Assembly (NCBI GenBank): GCA_918797485.1
Contig: CAKKNE010000004.1
Location: 2,480,001-2,544,000 of the forward strand
DNA from: Pelagomonas calceolata
Taxonomy: Eukaryota
Length of the DNA stretch: 64,000 nt
Direction of reading: 5' to 3'
Part shown: piece by piece, positions 40,206 to 51,700 of the stretch
Numbering within the stretch: position 1 is the first letter of the stretch
Layout: each line of letters begins with the position of its first letter
The notes under the pieces: generated by a model
What the model was told of the DNA's origin: nothing
Databases searched by the model: none
Seen by the model: only the letters and a program-made list of their open reading frames with translations
Made by a program: the position numbers and the translations under genes

Positions 40206-41246
40206 TCAAGCAGCGCCCCGCTGCAGCGCGGCAACATCCGCCTCGTACTTCGCCATGGCCTGGGACACGACGTGCTCCAGCGCGAACGCGACATCACCTG
40301 GAGAAGATTCATCATCCGGATCCGTGCGCGACGACGCGTAGAGCGACCAGAACAGCGCCGGGCAGCGCGTCGCGACGCCCTCGGGCGTCAGCAGCCGCGT
40401 GGAGGGCTTGTCGCCCGACAGCTTGCGCCGCGTCGAGCCGGCTTGCCGGTGGAGGATGGCGCAGACGACGGCGACGGACTCGTCGGCCGAGAACTGGCGC
40501 ACGCGCTCCTCGGTCTCCTTCTTGGCGCGTGCCGTCGCGCGCCAGTAGACTTGCAATGTTGAAGACGCCGCGCGGACGCGGACGCGGCCGGCGCGCGCGG
40601 CCTCGACGCGGCGGGCGGCTTCCTGGGATGTCCACATGCCCGCCGCGGCGCCCATCAGGCCCTCCGGAGCTTCATGACAATTAATAAACGACGCGGCCAC
40701 GGTGGCCGCGTCATCATTTTGTCGAGCGCCTCCATCTAGAACCGCGGAAGCCCGGGCACCTAATAATCTCCGCGCCTTGGCGTCGTCGTCGTCGTCGCCG
40801 TCCGACGGCACCCAGACGTCCTCCTCGTCACTATCATCGTCCCGCGGGCGCTTCTTTTTCGTCTTCTTCTTCGGGGCGGGCTTCTTGGATTGCACCTGGA
40901 CCATGAGCGTGTCGCCGCTCGCGAGGCCCACTTCATTCAAAGTGCTGTCGGGGCCGATCAGTAAAGCGCCGCCGGCGGGGTACGCGCCCTCGCTTAATAA
41001 AGTAACGGGCTTGCCGGCGGGGTCGCGGAAGCTAACGTTTGCGATGACTCCATTGAGCTGTTTCGCGCAGGCTTCGACGAGGTCCTTGAGCGGCGTCGTG
41101 GTCTGTAGGTCGAGCGTCACCGGTCCGGTCGGGCCGCGGACGCGGAGGCGTACGGGCTTCGGGGCTTCCGGCGCTGGCGCGGCCAGGGAGTTGGCCGCGG
41201 GCGCGGCGTCATTGCTTGTCGTGGGGTTGGTCTTGGTCCTCACCAT
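40206..41246 (-). CDS. Protein with N-terminal ubiquitin-like domain
   Basis: VRLRVRGPTG..TL.L.....L.DL ... STLNEVGLASGDTLMV; NLS-like KKKTKKKRPR. Confidence 0.65.
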   Translation of the reverse strand: MVRTKTNPTTSNDAAPAANSLAAPAPEAPKPVRLRVRGPTGPVTLDLQTTTPLKDLVEACAKQLNGVIANVSFRDPAGKPVTLLSEGAYPAGGALLIGPDSTLNEVGLASGDTLMVQVQSKKPAPKKKTKKKRPRDDDSDEEDVWVPSDGDDDDDAKARRLLGARASAVLDGGARQNDDAATVAASFINCHEAPEGLMGAAAGMWTSQEAARRVEAARAGRVRVRAASSTLQVYWRATARAKKETEERVRQFSADESVAVVCAILHRQAGSTRRKLSGDKPSTRLLTPEGVATRCPALFWSLYASSRTDPDDESSPGDVAFALEHVVSQAMAKYEADVAALQRGAA

Positions 41247-41362
41247 TTTAGCAGTGCCGCAGCGGTCTCGGCGCTGGGCGGTGATGTCGAATAGGCAAAA
41301 TTGAGCTTCTGTCGATCGCCCTCGATCGCTGCGGCTCTGATCTTGGCGCGGCTGCGGCTAGC

Positions 41363-41383
41363 CTAGTGGTCGACTACGCTAGC
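41363..41383 (+). promoter_or_regulatory. CTAG-bracketed element, type B
   Basis: CTAGTGGTCGACTACGCTAGC in a divergent intergenic region. Confidence 0.55.
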
Positions 41384-41554
41384 TTGAGCTGGCATCCTTG
41401 CACAGCTGTTTGCCAGCTCTCTTTGCTAGCCAACGGCCACACAATCACAGCCGTCATCCCCAATAAGCCTCAGAATTTCGCGCACAAGGCCTACGTAGTC
41501 GCACGGAGCCCAAGCGGGACGCCTACACTCCATCATCATCAGAGGTGTCGCATC

Positions 41555-42370
41555 ATGGCGCAACGCGTCGCATTGATGCTCCCCTTAGCGGTCGCTGCGG
41601 CTGTGACGCATACCCGCCGCGCCGCACTCAAACACACCGCCTACGCCGTCGCTGCGGCGGCCGCACCGGCGGGCGCCAAGGAGCTCTACTACACCAAAGA
41701 AGAGTTCTGCCGCATCAGCGACGAGCAATCCAAGAACGGCATCGAGTTCGGCTGCGAGCAGTACGTCGCGAGCCCCGAGAAGCGGGCCCGCATGCGTTTG
41801 AGAGCGCTTGATGCGATTACACGGGCGTCAGAAAAGCTCGACACCTACCGCGTCGAGACGGCGGAGAGCGGCGCGGTCATCCGAGGCGCGCTGCGCCGGG
41901 ACCCGCTGGACGGCCTGCGGGCGCAGGGGCGGCGCCTCGCGACGCTGACGAAGACGTCGGACGCGGGCCTGAAGTACGACGACGCCATCGCGCGCGTCGA
42001 CGCGTTGGATCGAACCCTGAGAAGGCTCGAGATCGACGGGAGCGACCGGGCGCTCGCGGCCGCGGCGACGGACCTCGACGCGGCGCAGGGCGCGCTGCGG
42101 ACGCTCGTGGCCGTCGGTTGCGAGCCGCGCGGAACCTATGGCGACACGTCCGCTCGATGGCGTGAGGCCTGACGCCATCGACGCTTTCGCCGAGAAACGA
42201 GTTGTGAAGAATTAACCGGTCCCAACACAGGCGGCGACGGCGAGGTGCTCCCGCAGCTGACCGTGCCGCTCCCGAAGGGCTGCAGCCCCGACGGGCGCGG
42301 CTGCGGGCCGCTCGACGCTCCCGGATTGGACCTCGCGCGGCCGGACATGGAGGCGCGGAAGGCGTCCTGA
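41555..42370 (+). CDS. Putative thylakoid-lumen helical-bundle (PsbQ-like) protein, two exons (41555-42116, 42231-42370)
   Basis: Signal peptide, twin-Arg TRRAAL and AxA site (AGA-KE). The intron GTTGCG..AACACAG restores the frame (..VAVG-GDGEVLPQ..KAS*). Confidence 0.65.
42117..42230 (+). other. 114-bp intron containing a CGATGGCGT hairpin
   Basis: CGATGGCGT (42155-42163), 8 nt, ACGCCATCG (42172-42180). Confidence 0.7.
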
Positions 42371-42460
42371 CGGCGTGTGTACTAGTAAGAATGAGAATGT
42401 TATAGTAACACAGATATTTGGGGGGGAAACGCGCTCCCGCGCGCCGGATGCACAGCTTGC

Positions 42461-42901
42461 CTAGACGGCGTGGATCTTCTCCTTGGCCTCGCGCACGAGG
42501 TGCCGCTCCTTCGTCGACAGGCCCCAGACCGGCTCGCCGCCCATCTCGAGGCCCTCGAGGAGCTCCGTCACCTCGTCGCCGGTCATGAGCTTCTTGAGAT
42601 TTCCCTTCGCCTCGATTACTTTTTCGTCGAGCGCGTCACCCGTGCGGATGACTTCCTCGAGCTTGAAGGCCTCCTCCATGAGGCCCGTGAGGGTACTAAT
42701 CGCTTCCGAGCTCGCGACGGCCTTCGTGTCCCAGGAGACGGGGCCCTTGGCGACGCGCGCGCCGCCGCTTCCGTAGAAGCCGCCCTGGCCCTCGGAGGCC
42801 TGGCCGCCGGAGTAGGTGATGGACGGCGCGTATGAGCGCGCGAGGGGCTGGGTGGTGCGCGCAGCGCGGCGCGCTGCGGTGCGTATAGAGGGTAGCATCA
42901 T
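42461..42901 (-). CDS. Small predicted mitochondrial protein of unknown function
   Basis: Arg-rich presequence MMLPSIRTAARRAART..ARSY; YSGGQASEGQGGFYGSGG; strongly GC3-biased codons. Confidence 0.75.
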   Translation of the reverse strand: MMLPSIRTAARRAARTTQPLARSYAPSITYSGGQASEGQGGFYGSGGARVAKGPVSWDTKAVASSEAISTLTGLMEEAFKLEEVIRTGDALDEKVIEAKGNLKKLMTGDEVTELLEGLEMGGEPVWGLSTKERHLVREAKEKIHAV

Positions 42902-43223
42902 TTGTTGGCTTCTCTGGCCTGTTTGACTGCTTCTCCGCAGTAAAATTTCGCGTAAAAATTTGTGTGGAGCAGTGCGCCGATGGGACCGATAGTATAGGCA
43001 AACAGCTGCGAGTCAATGTCACCGTTGCGCTGCGATTTACGGGCAAAACCGCCACGAAAGTACACGCTCTGAATTTTGCTCTTGACGTACGGGTTGCACG
43101 CGCGACGGAAACTTGAGCGCGCCGATGGCGTGGGGGAGAGGCCCTTACCACCACAATCACGCCATCGCCGCGAAGAAGCAAGAGGGAAAGCAACGTACTT
43201 ACACGAACGGCAAGGCCGCGAGA

Positions 43224-43736
43224 CTAGCCGTCCTCGCCCGGCACGCGCGTCTGCGACCCCATCACCTCGAGGTCCGCCTTGCCGTCGTCCGTCCAGGTCA
43301 CGCCGATCTTGGGCGGCCAGGAGAAGGCCTCGCCGGGCTCGTCGCGTTGTGGGTCTTCGTCCCACAGCCTCGTCTCCTCGCGCATTTGTTGCAGGAGCGG
43401 TTTAATGCCCTCCGTGTTCTGTTGCCCCGCGACCTGGTCCAATAACGTGCGCTGCTTGGCCTTCCTTGCGAGCGTGACGACGGCCTCGTAGCGGTTGGGC
43501 TGGCGGCTGAGGCAGGCGTGGATCATCGGGGTCACGGAGCCGTTGTTGATCGACGAGCCGTCGTCGATGGCCACGTAGAGGAGCGTTTCTCGTCTTAGTT
43601 GTCGCAGTTGGGGTTGCGGTCGTGGCGCTTGCGGTCGCGGAGCGACGCTGCGGCGTCGTCCCTTCGGCAGCGCGACGTTAGGCGCAAAGCCCAGCACGTT
43701 AAAAACGGCAGCGGCGATCAGCGACGCTCGGCGCAT
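43224..43736 (-). CDS. Plastid-targeted protein resembling the cyanobacterial-type RNA polymerase omega subunit (RpoZ/Ycf61)
   Basis: Presequence MRRASLIAAAVFNVLG-FAP; core NRYEAVVTLARKAKQR...IKPLLQQMRE. Confidence 0.6.
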   Translation of the reverse strand: MRRASLIAAAVFNVLGFAPNVALPKGRRRSVAPRPQAPRPQPQLRQLRRETLLYVAIDDGSSINNGSVTPMIHACLSRQPNRYEAVVTLARKAKQRTLLDQVAGQQNTEGIKPLLQQMREETRLWDEDPQRDEPGEAFSWPPKIGVTWTDDGKADLEVMGSQTRVPGEDG

Positions 43737-43912
43737 GGTTGAGTGTCAGTGCTTCAATTTGCACAGCGGCGATTGCGGCTTTGTTGCCGTGCGCGTGGAC
43801 GTGTAACTTGCACAGCTACGCTGCCAGAGCGTTAGCACGCTATCAATTTTGTTATGAAACGATGCGTCGCCCTCTAATAGCCGCAAAAGCGTAGCGACGA
43901 GCAGCAAGAGTC

Positions 43913-43934
43913 CTAGAGCCCGAGCTACGCTAGC
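43913..43934 (+). promoter_or_regulatory. CTAG-bracketed element, highly degenerate
   Basis: CTAGAGCCCGAGCTACGCTAGC; the right half-site and spacing are conserved. Confidence 0.35.
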
Positions 43935-44139
43935 TCGTATGGGCAAGCAAAAAGCGCGTCAGCTGAGAGCTTACCCGCGCGCGAGAGGTTGCAGAGTACC
44001 GCTGTCTTGCACCGCATCTACGCTCCACCGCTCCATCGAACTGCTGCGACGCCTGCGCTCAACAGCCAGCCGAGGCGACTACACAGCGTCGACGAGCAAA
44101 GGCACGCGTCGGAAATATCTCGCAGCAACCAGCTACTGC

Positions 44140-45270
44140 ATGCCACCGACGATGGAGCTCGAGCCCCCGCCACCTCCAAACTTCAGGAGCCCAGCCTGGG
44201 GCTGGACGAAAGCAACTCGAGCGCTCACGCTGTTGGTGCTCCTCTTCGCCCTCTACTTAATTGTCGGTGAAACGCCAGCAACGCACGGCGCGGTCTACGA
44301 TGATGATGGATTTGATGCCATCGACGACTTCCGAGGCGCCGTACTCGACGGCGGCTCGGGCAAAGCGGCCTTAACGGTGTACGAGTGCACGCTCGATTCA
44401 CACGGCTGCGCTCCCGGATCCGTGAAATCGAAGCAGCTCTCGCGCGCCAAGGCCGACGCTGTCGCTGCCGTAAGAGCCGCGGACCTCTCTCAGCTCGTGA
44501 CGACCGCGACGCCTCCGCTCAGCATTGGTCTGACGGGCGGCGTGCGAGCAGCGATGGCGCGCGGCGACCTCGCGAGACCAGACGTCGACCGATTCTTCGC
44601 GTCAATACAGCGTCCGACGCGGACTCTGAAAGTGCTGTCCGGAGCCGACGAGGCTAGGCTCGAGCGCCGGGGCGGCGGATACTGCGCACACGCGGCGCTC
44701 GGCGTCCACAGCGACCGCGTGGGCACGATGGGCTCGGGCGGCGCCACGATGCAGCTCGCGGCACCGGGCGACGGCGCCGTGGCGTCGCTGTCGACGGACC
44801 TGCTCGGCATCGAGGACAGGGCCGCGGCGACCGGCGACGAGACTGCTCTCCGCCAGTGGCGCGACAATATAGACGCACAGCTGGCGAGCGTCGACGTCCG
44901 CGGCTTTGCCGAGGCGGAGGTCGTCTTCGGGCTCGCGATGCACGCCTCGGCGGCGGCGCTCGCCGGTGTCGACGGTCGCCGCGTCATGCGCAACGTGGTG
45001 CGAGATGCGCTACAGACGCTCGTCGGCGCCGCGTCCGCGCCCGGTCCGGCGTGGGACGCCGTCGGCGCGCCGAATCCCTATCACCTGGACCCGGAGCTCT
45101 TACGGCGGGCGACGCTGTTCAACGCCGCACGAACGCGAGCGGTTGTCGAACGGTTGCCCGAGGGCTCAAGCTTCTACTTCGCGCGACAAGTCGGCGACGT
45201 CAGCTGTGACTGGTCGCTCGGCCTGTTTCTCGAGGACGCGGCGGCGGCGGCGACGGACCGGTCTTCGTAG
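44140..45270 (+). CDS. GDA1/CD39 family NTPDase (apyrase)-like type II membrane protein
   Basis: ACR-like motifs LDGGSGK, TGGVR, LSGADEA, GSGGATMQ and WSLG; single N-terminal TM segment. Confidence 0.75.
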   Translation: MPPTMELEPPPPPNFRSPAWGWTKATRALTLLVLLFALYLIVGETPATHGAVYDDDGFDAIDDFRGAVLDGGSGKAALTVYECTLDSHGCAPGSVKSKQLSRAKADAVAAVRAADLSQLVTTATPPLSIGLTGGVRAAMARGDLARPDVDRFFASIQRPTRTLKVLSGADEARLERRGGGYCAHAALGVHSDRVGTMGSGGATMQLAAPGDGAVASLSTDLLGIEDRAAATGDETALRQWRDNIDAQLASVDVRGFAEAEVVFGLAMHASAAALAGVDGRRVMRNVVRDALQTLVGAASAPGPAWDAVGAPNPYHLDPELLRRATLFNAARTRAVVERLPEGSSFYFARQVGDVSCDWSLGLFLEDAAAAATDRSS

Positions 45271-45329
45271 GTAGTAGTGTTAATGTGTCTATTTATCGTC
45301 CAAGCGGGAGAAAATAGCGCTAGGATAGT

Positions 45330-45364
45330 CGATGTTACGGTGCTAGGCGATGTTACGGTGCTAG
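45330..45364. repeat. Direct repeat CGATGTTACGGTGCTAG x2
   Basis: Exact 17-mers at 45330-45346 and 45348-45364. Confidence 0.8.
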
Positions 45365-45527
45365 TACTAGTGGGCGGAGCCCCTGGGGGGGAGACACCGC
45401 GCGTCGCCGATTCATCGGCGGCGGGCGCGGGCCGCTTCTTTCATAACAGCGTACCTCCTTCTAAGCTGAACCGCCTCGGCAAACCCCCCCGAACAATGTG
45501 CAACGTTCGCCCAAATGAGCGCTAGAA

Positions 45528-45548
45528 CTAGCGTATCGACACACTAGC
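45528..45548 (-). promoter_or_regulatory. CTAG-bracketed element, type B
   Basis: Reverse complement GCTAGTGTGTCGATACGCTAG, about 190 bp upstream of the USP ATG. Confidence 0.65.
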
Positions 45549-45738
45549 TGGCAACAGAGACCCGAGGCGCCAGGAGCGCATTGCGCATTGCGCGGCCGGA
45601 GCCAAGGCGTGGCGGGCGCCAAGCCGTCTGTTGAGACGCGCTGCGGGTAACAAGCGCTTCGGCGCCAGCAAATTGCGCAAACAAAAAACAAGACCACAGA
45701 GCTCGGCTCTCTTTCCGCGCCGATACTGCGGGCGGACG

Positions 45739-48700
45739 ATGGCGCCGCCACCAATCCCCGTCGTCGTCGACGTAGTAGTCACAAGAGGAAACGTGCTCGG
45801 CCCGGCGGGCTACAGCCGCGTCACCACGAGGGACGGCGGCGTCTTCGACTTACATCGAGGCAAGGACGACAAGTCCACGGACATTTCTGATGATGCGGCC
45901 TTCCTCTGGTGTCGAAGGGGCGCGCCGGGCGAGACGGCGATCACGAATGTCGTGAGAGGCGCCCTGGAGCATGTCCAAGTGGTCGATCTGGGCGCCGGCG
46001 AGCAGCTCTCATTTCTGAGAGAGGCTGGTCAAGATCCCATCGCGGAGTTAACGGGCGACTTCAAGGACGATGATGGCGTCGTGCTCAAGAGCGGCGCTTG
46101 TATTAGAATTACGAGAGTCAAAGACGTGGAAGCGATGCGACCTACTACAGAAGAGCCCACGGCGAAAGAGGCACAATCCATAGAAAACGACGTCGTCGCA
46201 AAGATTACATCAGCAGAAGTTACGGGAGAGGACTGGTGGCGCTCTCATGAAACGCAGCTGAAGCGACTCGTCGAGGCGTCGGCGGCGGATCCTTCTTCCC
46301 AATTGGCCGCGAAGACGATACGAGTGGCTCGACGCACGCTAGAACTCGTAGCGAAGCGCCTCGCGTCGAACGGCGTCGTCCCGGACGCCTGCCCGCGGTG
46401 CTTTGATTTTGCGGCACTTGGCGGCGGGGGCCTCATCGCGGCGAAGAGCGCGCCCGTCGACGACATCCTCGAGGAGGCGTCGCACCTCGAGTCGCCGGAC
46501 CAACCGAAGAAGAAGGGGTCGTTCTTCGGGCGCATCCGGAAGCCCTCTCGCAGTCTGTTGCAGGCGGCGCAGGCCTCTTCTGATGTTTGTGAACCTCTCC
46601 AAGAGGTAGAACTACGTGTATCCAGAGACCCGCCTAGCGATGACGAGGAGGAGCCGCCCGACGCCCTGCAGGGGTTAGATGTCAGAAACCCATCAAAATA
46701 CGCGTCTTTGGCAAAGCGCCACCCGCAGCAGGTGAGTTTCTGTCGAGGGCGAGGTACCAAACAAGGTACCAGTCACGAATTTTTAGATAAGGGCGCAGAA
46801 GGGCTGCTCAAGAACAGCGAGGCGGGCTGCGGGCAGATGTTAGATCACTTTTTGATCTGTGGCGGCCTCGATGCTTTATTAGCGAGAATCACGCCTAGTT
46901 CAGGCCTGGAATGTTCCGCACAAAAACTGGGCGAACTGTTGAGAGCCTTCGAGATCGTCTGCGACCGGGCCGCTCCGACCACGGCTCCGCACTTCGCTTT
47001 GAGCTATGCGCGGCATTTGCAGCGCGCGGCCCACGCGCGATTAAGACGGGAAGCGTCACAAGTAACAAACACGACAAAACAGGATCTAGACGGCCGCTGG
47101 GACGCCGATGAAAAAATAAGGAGGACCTGCGACCGACTCGCTAGGTGTCTGGCCCAACTGGCACCCGACGCGTTTGGCGAACAAACGCAACAGACGCCTA
47201 GAAGCTGGACGCAGCACGTCGCTTCCTATTGGGCGTCCGGGCCGTCGATCGACGCGCGCTCCAAGGCCCTACGTCTCTCGGCCGAACGGTTCGTCTGGGC
47301 CCATGCGTTAACGGCCTTTGATGATCAGAAAAGGACGCCCGACGCGCGACTCAAAGGCCTGAGGAACCTCAGCAGTGTAGTACGAGGCTGCTGCGCTTCG
47401 GAACCGTCGGAGGTCCCGCCCTGGAGTTCACGCTCTACGAGATGGGAGACGTCCGAAGAAGTTGTCGCTCTTAAGGTAAGGGAGTCTGGCGTCGTCGCAA
47501 GAATAGCTCAAGTCGCGAAAGACGACCGACGGGCCTTACGTAGTGGATTGCATGTCATCATGCTCGCGGCGCAACGGTCGACGATTGCCGGTCGAGTCGT
47601 AGATGATCTGACGTCCCTGGCTGTCGAGGACGCGGCCGGCGACGACCCACCTTCCTCAGAAGGGCCTAGTTCGTGGCAGTGCTGCTGGGCCCTCGCACGC
47701 CATTTGGAAGATACGACATTGGTACAGAGGCAGCGCGACGTGCTGGAGGACGCCTTTTCTTCCCAGAAAGCCACTCCAAAAAACGTGCATTTGGTCGCGC
47801 GGTTTTCGCAGTGCGCCGCCGAGAGATTAGTGTCGTCCGAGGATAAGTTAGATGGTGGGCTGGAGTTGTTGTGGCGGTGGGCCTCATCGCCAGAAGAAGA
47901 CGATTGTCAAGCTACACGATCGCTGAGACATCTGTTGCGAGGTGCGACGCACTTGGATTCGGCGGCATCGTTGATCGCGCAGAAATGCGTCGACGCTTTG
48001 GGAGGAGAGGACTCGCCGGGATTGAATCGGGCGGCGGAATTGTTGGCAGCTTTAGTTGTGGCTTCTGGCGAGGATAACACGTACCGGCAGCCGTCGCCCG
48101 TCGACACTCGTAGAAGAAGAAGATTGAGGATAGAACGGGGCCTCAAGACGTCTTTGTTAGATGTGGCCGTCGCCGGCGCCGCCCGACATAAGCACTCTAT
48201 CAAATCGTATGAGGCTTCTCTACGATTAGCAATAGAGCTCGCCGCGGATGCCTTGCTGAGTGTTGCTGGTTTAGATAGTGAAGAACCGCTACCTTTCCTA
48301 CGGGCGAGAGACATCAAGGCGTGCTACAAAGCGGGCGACGACACGTGCGCGCGGTGGTTGGCGGCCTGCGCGGAGCGTCTAGCATTAGAACCGTCCGCGG
48401 CGGACGCAGCCTTAGTAGAGCTGGCAAACGACGAAAATCCATCGTCATACGTCGCGGACGCCGCCGCGTCGCTCTACGAAGCGGCGGAGCAGCCTTCATC
48501 GACGAAAATTCGGCCCCCGGCGTACGGGTCGGACTCATTAACACCGCCGCCTCCCGTGCAAGAACCTCTTGTCAATAGACATAAGCGCGTCGACGCTTTA
48601 TTAGATATCTGTCTGAAGACCGACGCCGTTTCTAAGAGAAGAGACGCTCTGTTAGCGCGCCTCGCGACGTCCGACCTGCGAGGTAGGATCATCGCGCGCG

Positions 48701-51700
48701 GTATTGACACTTTAAGATCTACGAACGAAGCGAAGGAAGCGGATAGAGCCGCGGACATCGTGCGACGAGCTCTCAAAGGAAGGTCGTCCCAGGACGCGCC
48801 GCCCGGCCTCGATGCGGAAGCCTCACAGTGGCTGTTGCTCGAAGGCGACCGAGGGTTGCTCGGGCCTCGTTTACGTGTCGCCCAGGCCTGCGCCCTGGCG
48901 CATACGGCCTGGTTCGCACAGCATGGCGGTTCGCGACGAGCGGCGTCGCGATGTGCTCAACTGTGTCAGACGGAGGACCACCAGTCCCTACGAGCTGCGT
49001 TACGATTAGTCGCGTCCGCGCTGCAACGAACGGAAGCAGATAGACCACCGACGCCGCCGACGCCTACCACCAGTTTCAGACCTGTGCAACCGCCGCGGCC
49101 GCCTGTAGATACCGAGGACGGCCTCGACGTGCGAGCCTTGGGCGACGAGCGCAACACTTTAGTGGAAGCGTTGGGAGTTTATGTGAAGCAAGGTAGCGAT
49201 AGCGTCGCGCGGGCGTTGTCCGGCGACCTGCTGATCGGTCTGTCCCGCGTCGCCCCGGAGGCCCTCGCGAAAATATCAGAGGTCTCTCCGGCGTTGGTGG
49301 ACGTCATGGTCGCGCCGCCGGCGACGGCGTCTAGGGCCGCATTGAGACTGCACGCCGTTTCGATAGCAGGCGACTTCCAGGAGTGCGGCGCGGCGTTGCG
49401 ACGAGCGGCTCTAGAGGCCGTGTCTGCAAGACCGTCGGCGTCCGCCGCGGCCTTCGCCTCGGCTATTGTGGATGCGGCGCGGCAGTGCTCTATGTCTTCA
49501 GATGATGAGACCATGCTGTCGAAGGCCGTAGAATCTCTAGTGACGAGCGACGTGAGTGACGACGACGAGGACGCGGACGCCGAGTCTGCGAGATTGAAAT
49601 TACTCGCTTCGCTATTAAGATCCGGTGCGAAAGCGCCCTCAAATAGTACTGTAGTAGCGCAACAACTGATGGCCAAAGGTGGCTTAGATGGGTCGGCGGC
49701 GAACGCGCAAGCGTTGCAAGCTCTGGCGGCCCTATGTGATGCTGATGATGACGCAGCACGAGCGACTTGTATAGCCTTAGCTGAACTGCACGGCCCGCCA
49801 CCCTTCACGGAGGACTTGAGAGATGAGACGTCGGTCGCGTCGCGACTGGAAGCTGCTGATGTAGTGAGAGCCATCCCGTCGACGGAGCAGCGCTTTTCCG
49901 TGGAACGGTTACGTGTCCATGGGCCACCTCCATTAGACGATCGTCGAAGGGAACGGTACCCAAGCAATGCGGTAAGCGTACCATCAGCCAGGAAGACGGA
50001 CACGCCTGGACTAGATAACTTAGGCTGCACCTGCTACCTCAACAGCACATTACAAGTCATATGTTCGGCACCTCTCTTCAGAAAGACAGTATTCTCCTTA
50101 GATACGTCACAAGATTCATTGGCGAGAGAACTCCAACTACTTGTAGCGCGGATGCGCAGCAGGGACGCGTCGTCGATCTCCCCAAGAGATTTCATCCAAC
50201 AAAACACGACCCAGGACGGCGAGGCGATTGACGTCCGCATACAACAGGACGCCACAGAATTCTTAGCTAAATTGATGCAAGACGTAGAGCGGATGAAATC
50301 AGCAACAGATATAAGCGCGGCGAAGTTAATCCAGCGGACCTTTGGATGTGTCTTGCTGCAGGAGATCAAGTCCGTGAACGGCAAGCACAAGGGGGACCCG
50401 CGGGAGGTGCCCTTTTATGGGATACCGTTGGAGCTCGGGAAAGACAGGAATGATATTGCGGATTGTTTGAGGCACTACGTGGCTCCCGAGGAGGTCGAGT
50501 TGCGGTTTGTGGAAGGCGAGGCCATGCTGCCTTCTATTAAAACTGTTCGTATTAAAAAAGCGCCATTTAACTTGCTGTTGCACCTGAAGCGGTTCCAGTT
50601 TGATTTGGAGACTCTATCCACCAGAAAGAATAATTCTAGATTGGAGTTTCCCCATACACTTGACTTAAGGCCCTTCATGAGTGATGAAGGAGAACCAATA
50701 TTATATGATCTCAAGGGTGTAGTAGTACATAGCGGAACGGCGCAGTCGGGCCACTACTACTCGTTCGTCAACACTGGTAGTCAATGGACGGAATTTAATG
50801 ACTCGCACGTGGCGCCCTTCGACGTGAGCGAGATGGAGGCGGAGTGTTTTGGGGGCTATGAAGACGTTACTACGGATTCGTATGGTAGGCGGTCGCAGCC
50901 GCGGGAACGCACCAGGAACGCTTTTTTACTGTCTTATGAACGGAGGTCCGATAAAGCCGAGGACAGCTGGGCGTCGCCGGCGCCGCCCGCGTCCGTGGAT
51001 GCGAGAATAGCGCGGGAGAACGTTTCCCTGAGAAGAGCGCGCGCGGCCTTCGACGACAACGGCATCGTCGTGGCCGCTTCTGTGGCCAAGGCGGCCTTTT
51101 CTTCTGATTCTATCGAGACGCGGAGGGCCGCCGCTTTATTAGCTGGGGCGCTCGTGGCCCGGACGTTGTCTCGGGCGCGCGGCGACGACGCTGCTGCTAG
51201 GCTGGCATCGACCGCGTCCTTGCTCGCGAATCTCGACTCAGATGTTGCTTCTGAGGCCGTCAAGGGCCTCGGTTTAAATGACACGGATGCCACAACTGCC
51301 TTATGTCGGCGGGCGGCCCAGCTCGCGTCGGACGAGGCGGCCCGGGAGTCCCTGTGCGGCGCGTGCGCGGCAGTATTGAAATCGGCCCCGTTCGACGAGG
51401 CGCTGACCAATTTACTAAGTGTGGCGAGCGAGTGCCCGCCTCCCGTACCCGGGAGACGTGCGCACGACTACGAACGGGACGCGTCCAGGGCTGCGTGCGA
51501 CATTCTAGCCAGGCTCGGCGCGCAACGCGGGTGTCGGGAAGTCCTCGAAGGCTGCGTCAAAGCGTCGGGCGGTGCTGTGTCCGAAGAAGCCCTCTCGCAG
51601 ACGACGTTACGAGCTTTGTTGGAGGCCGCGCCGTTCCTGGGCGGTGCGTTCGCGCCGCGGGCGGAGGCCGCCGCCGCGTTATTGAGTGCGGACGCCTCTG

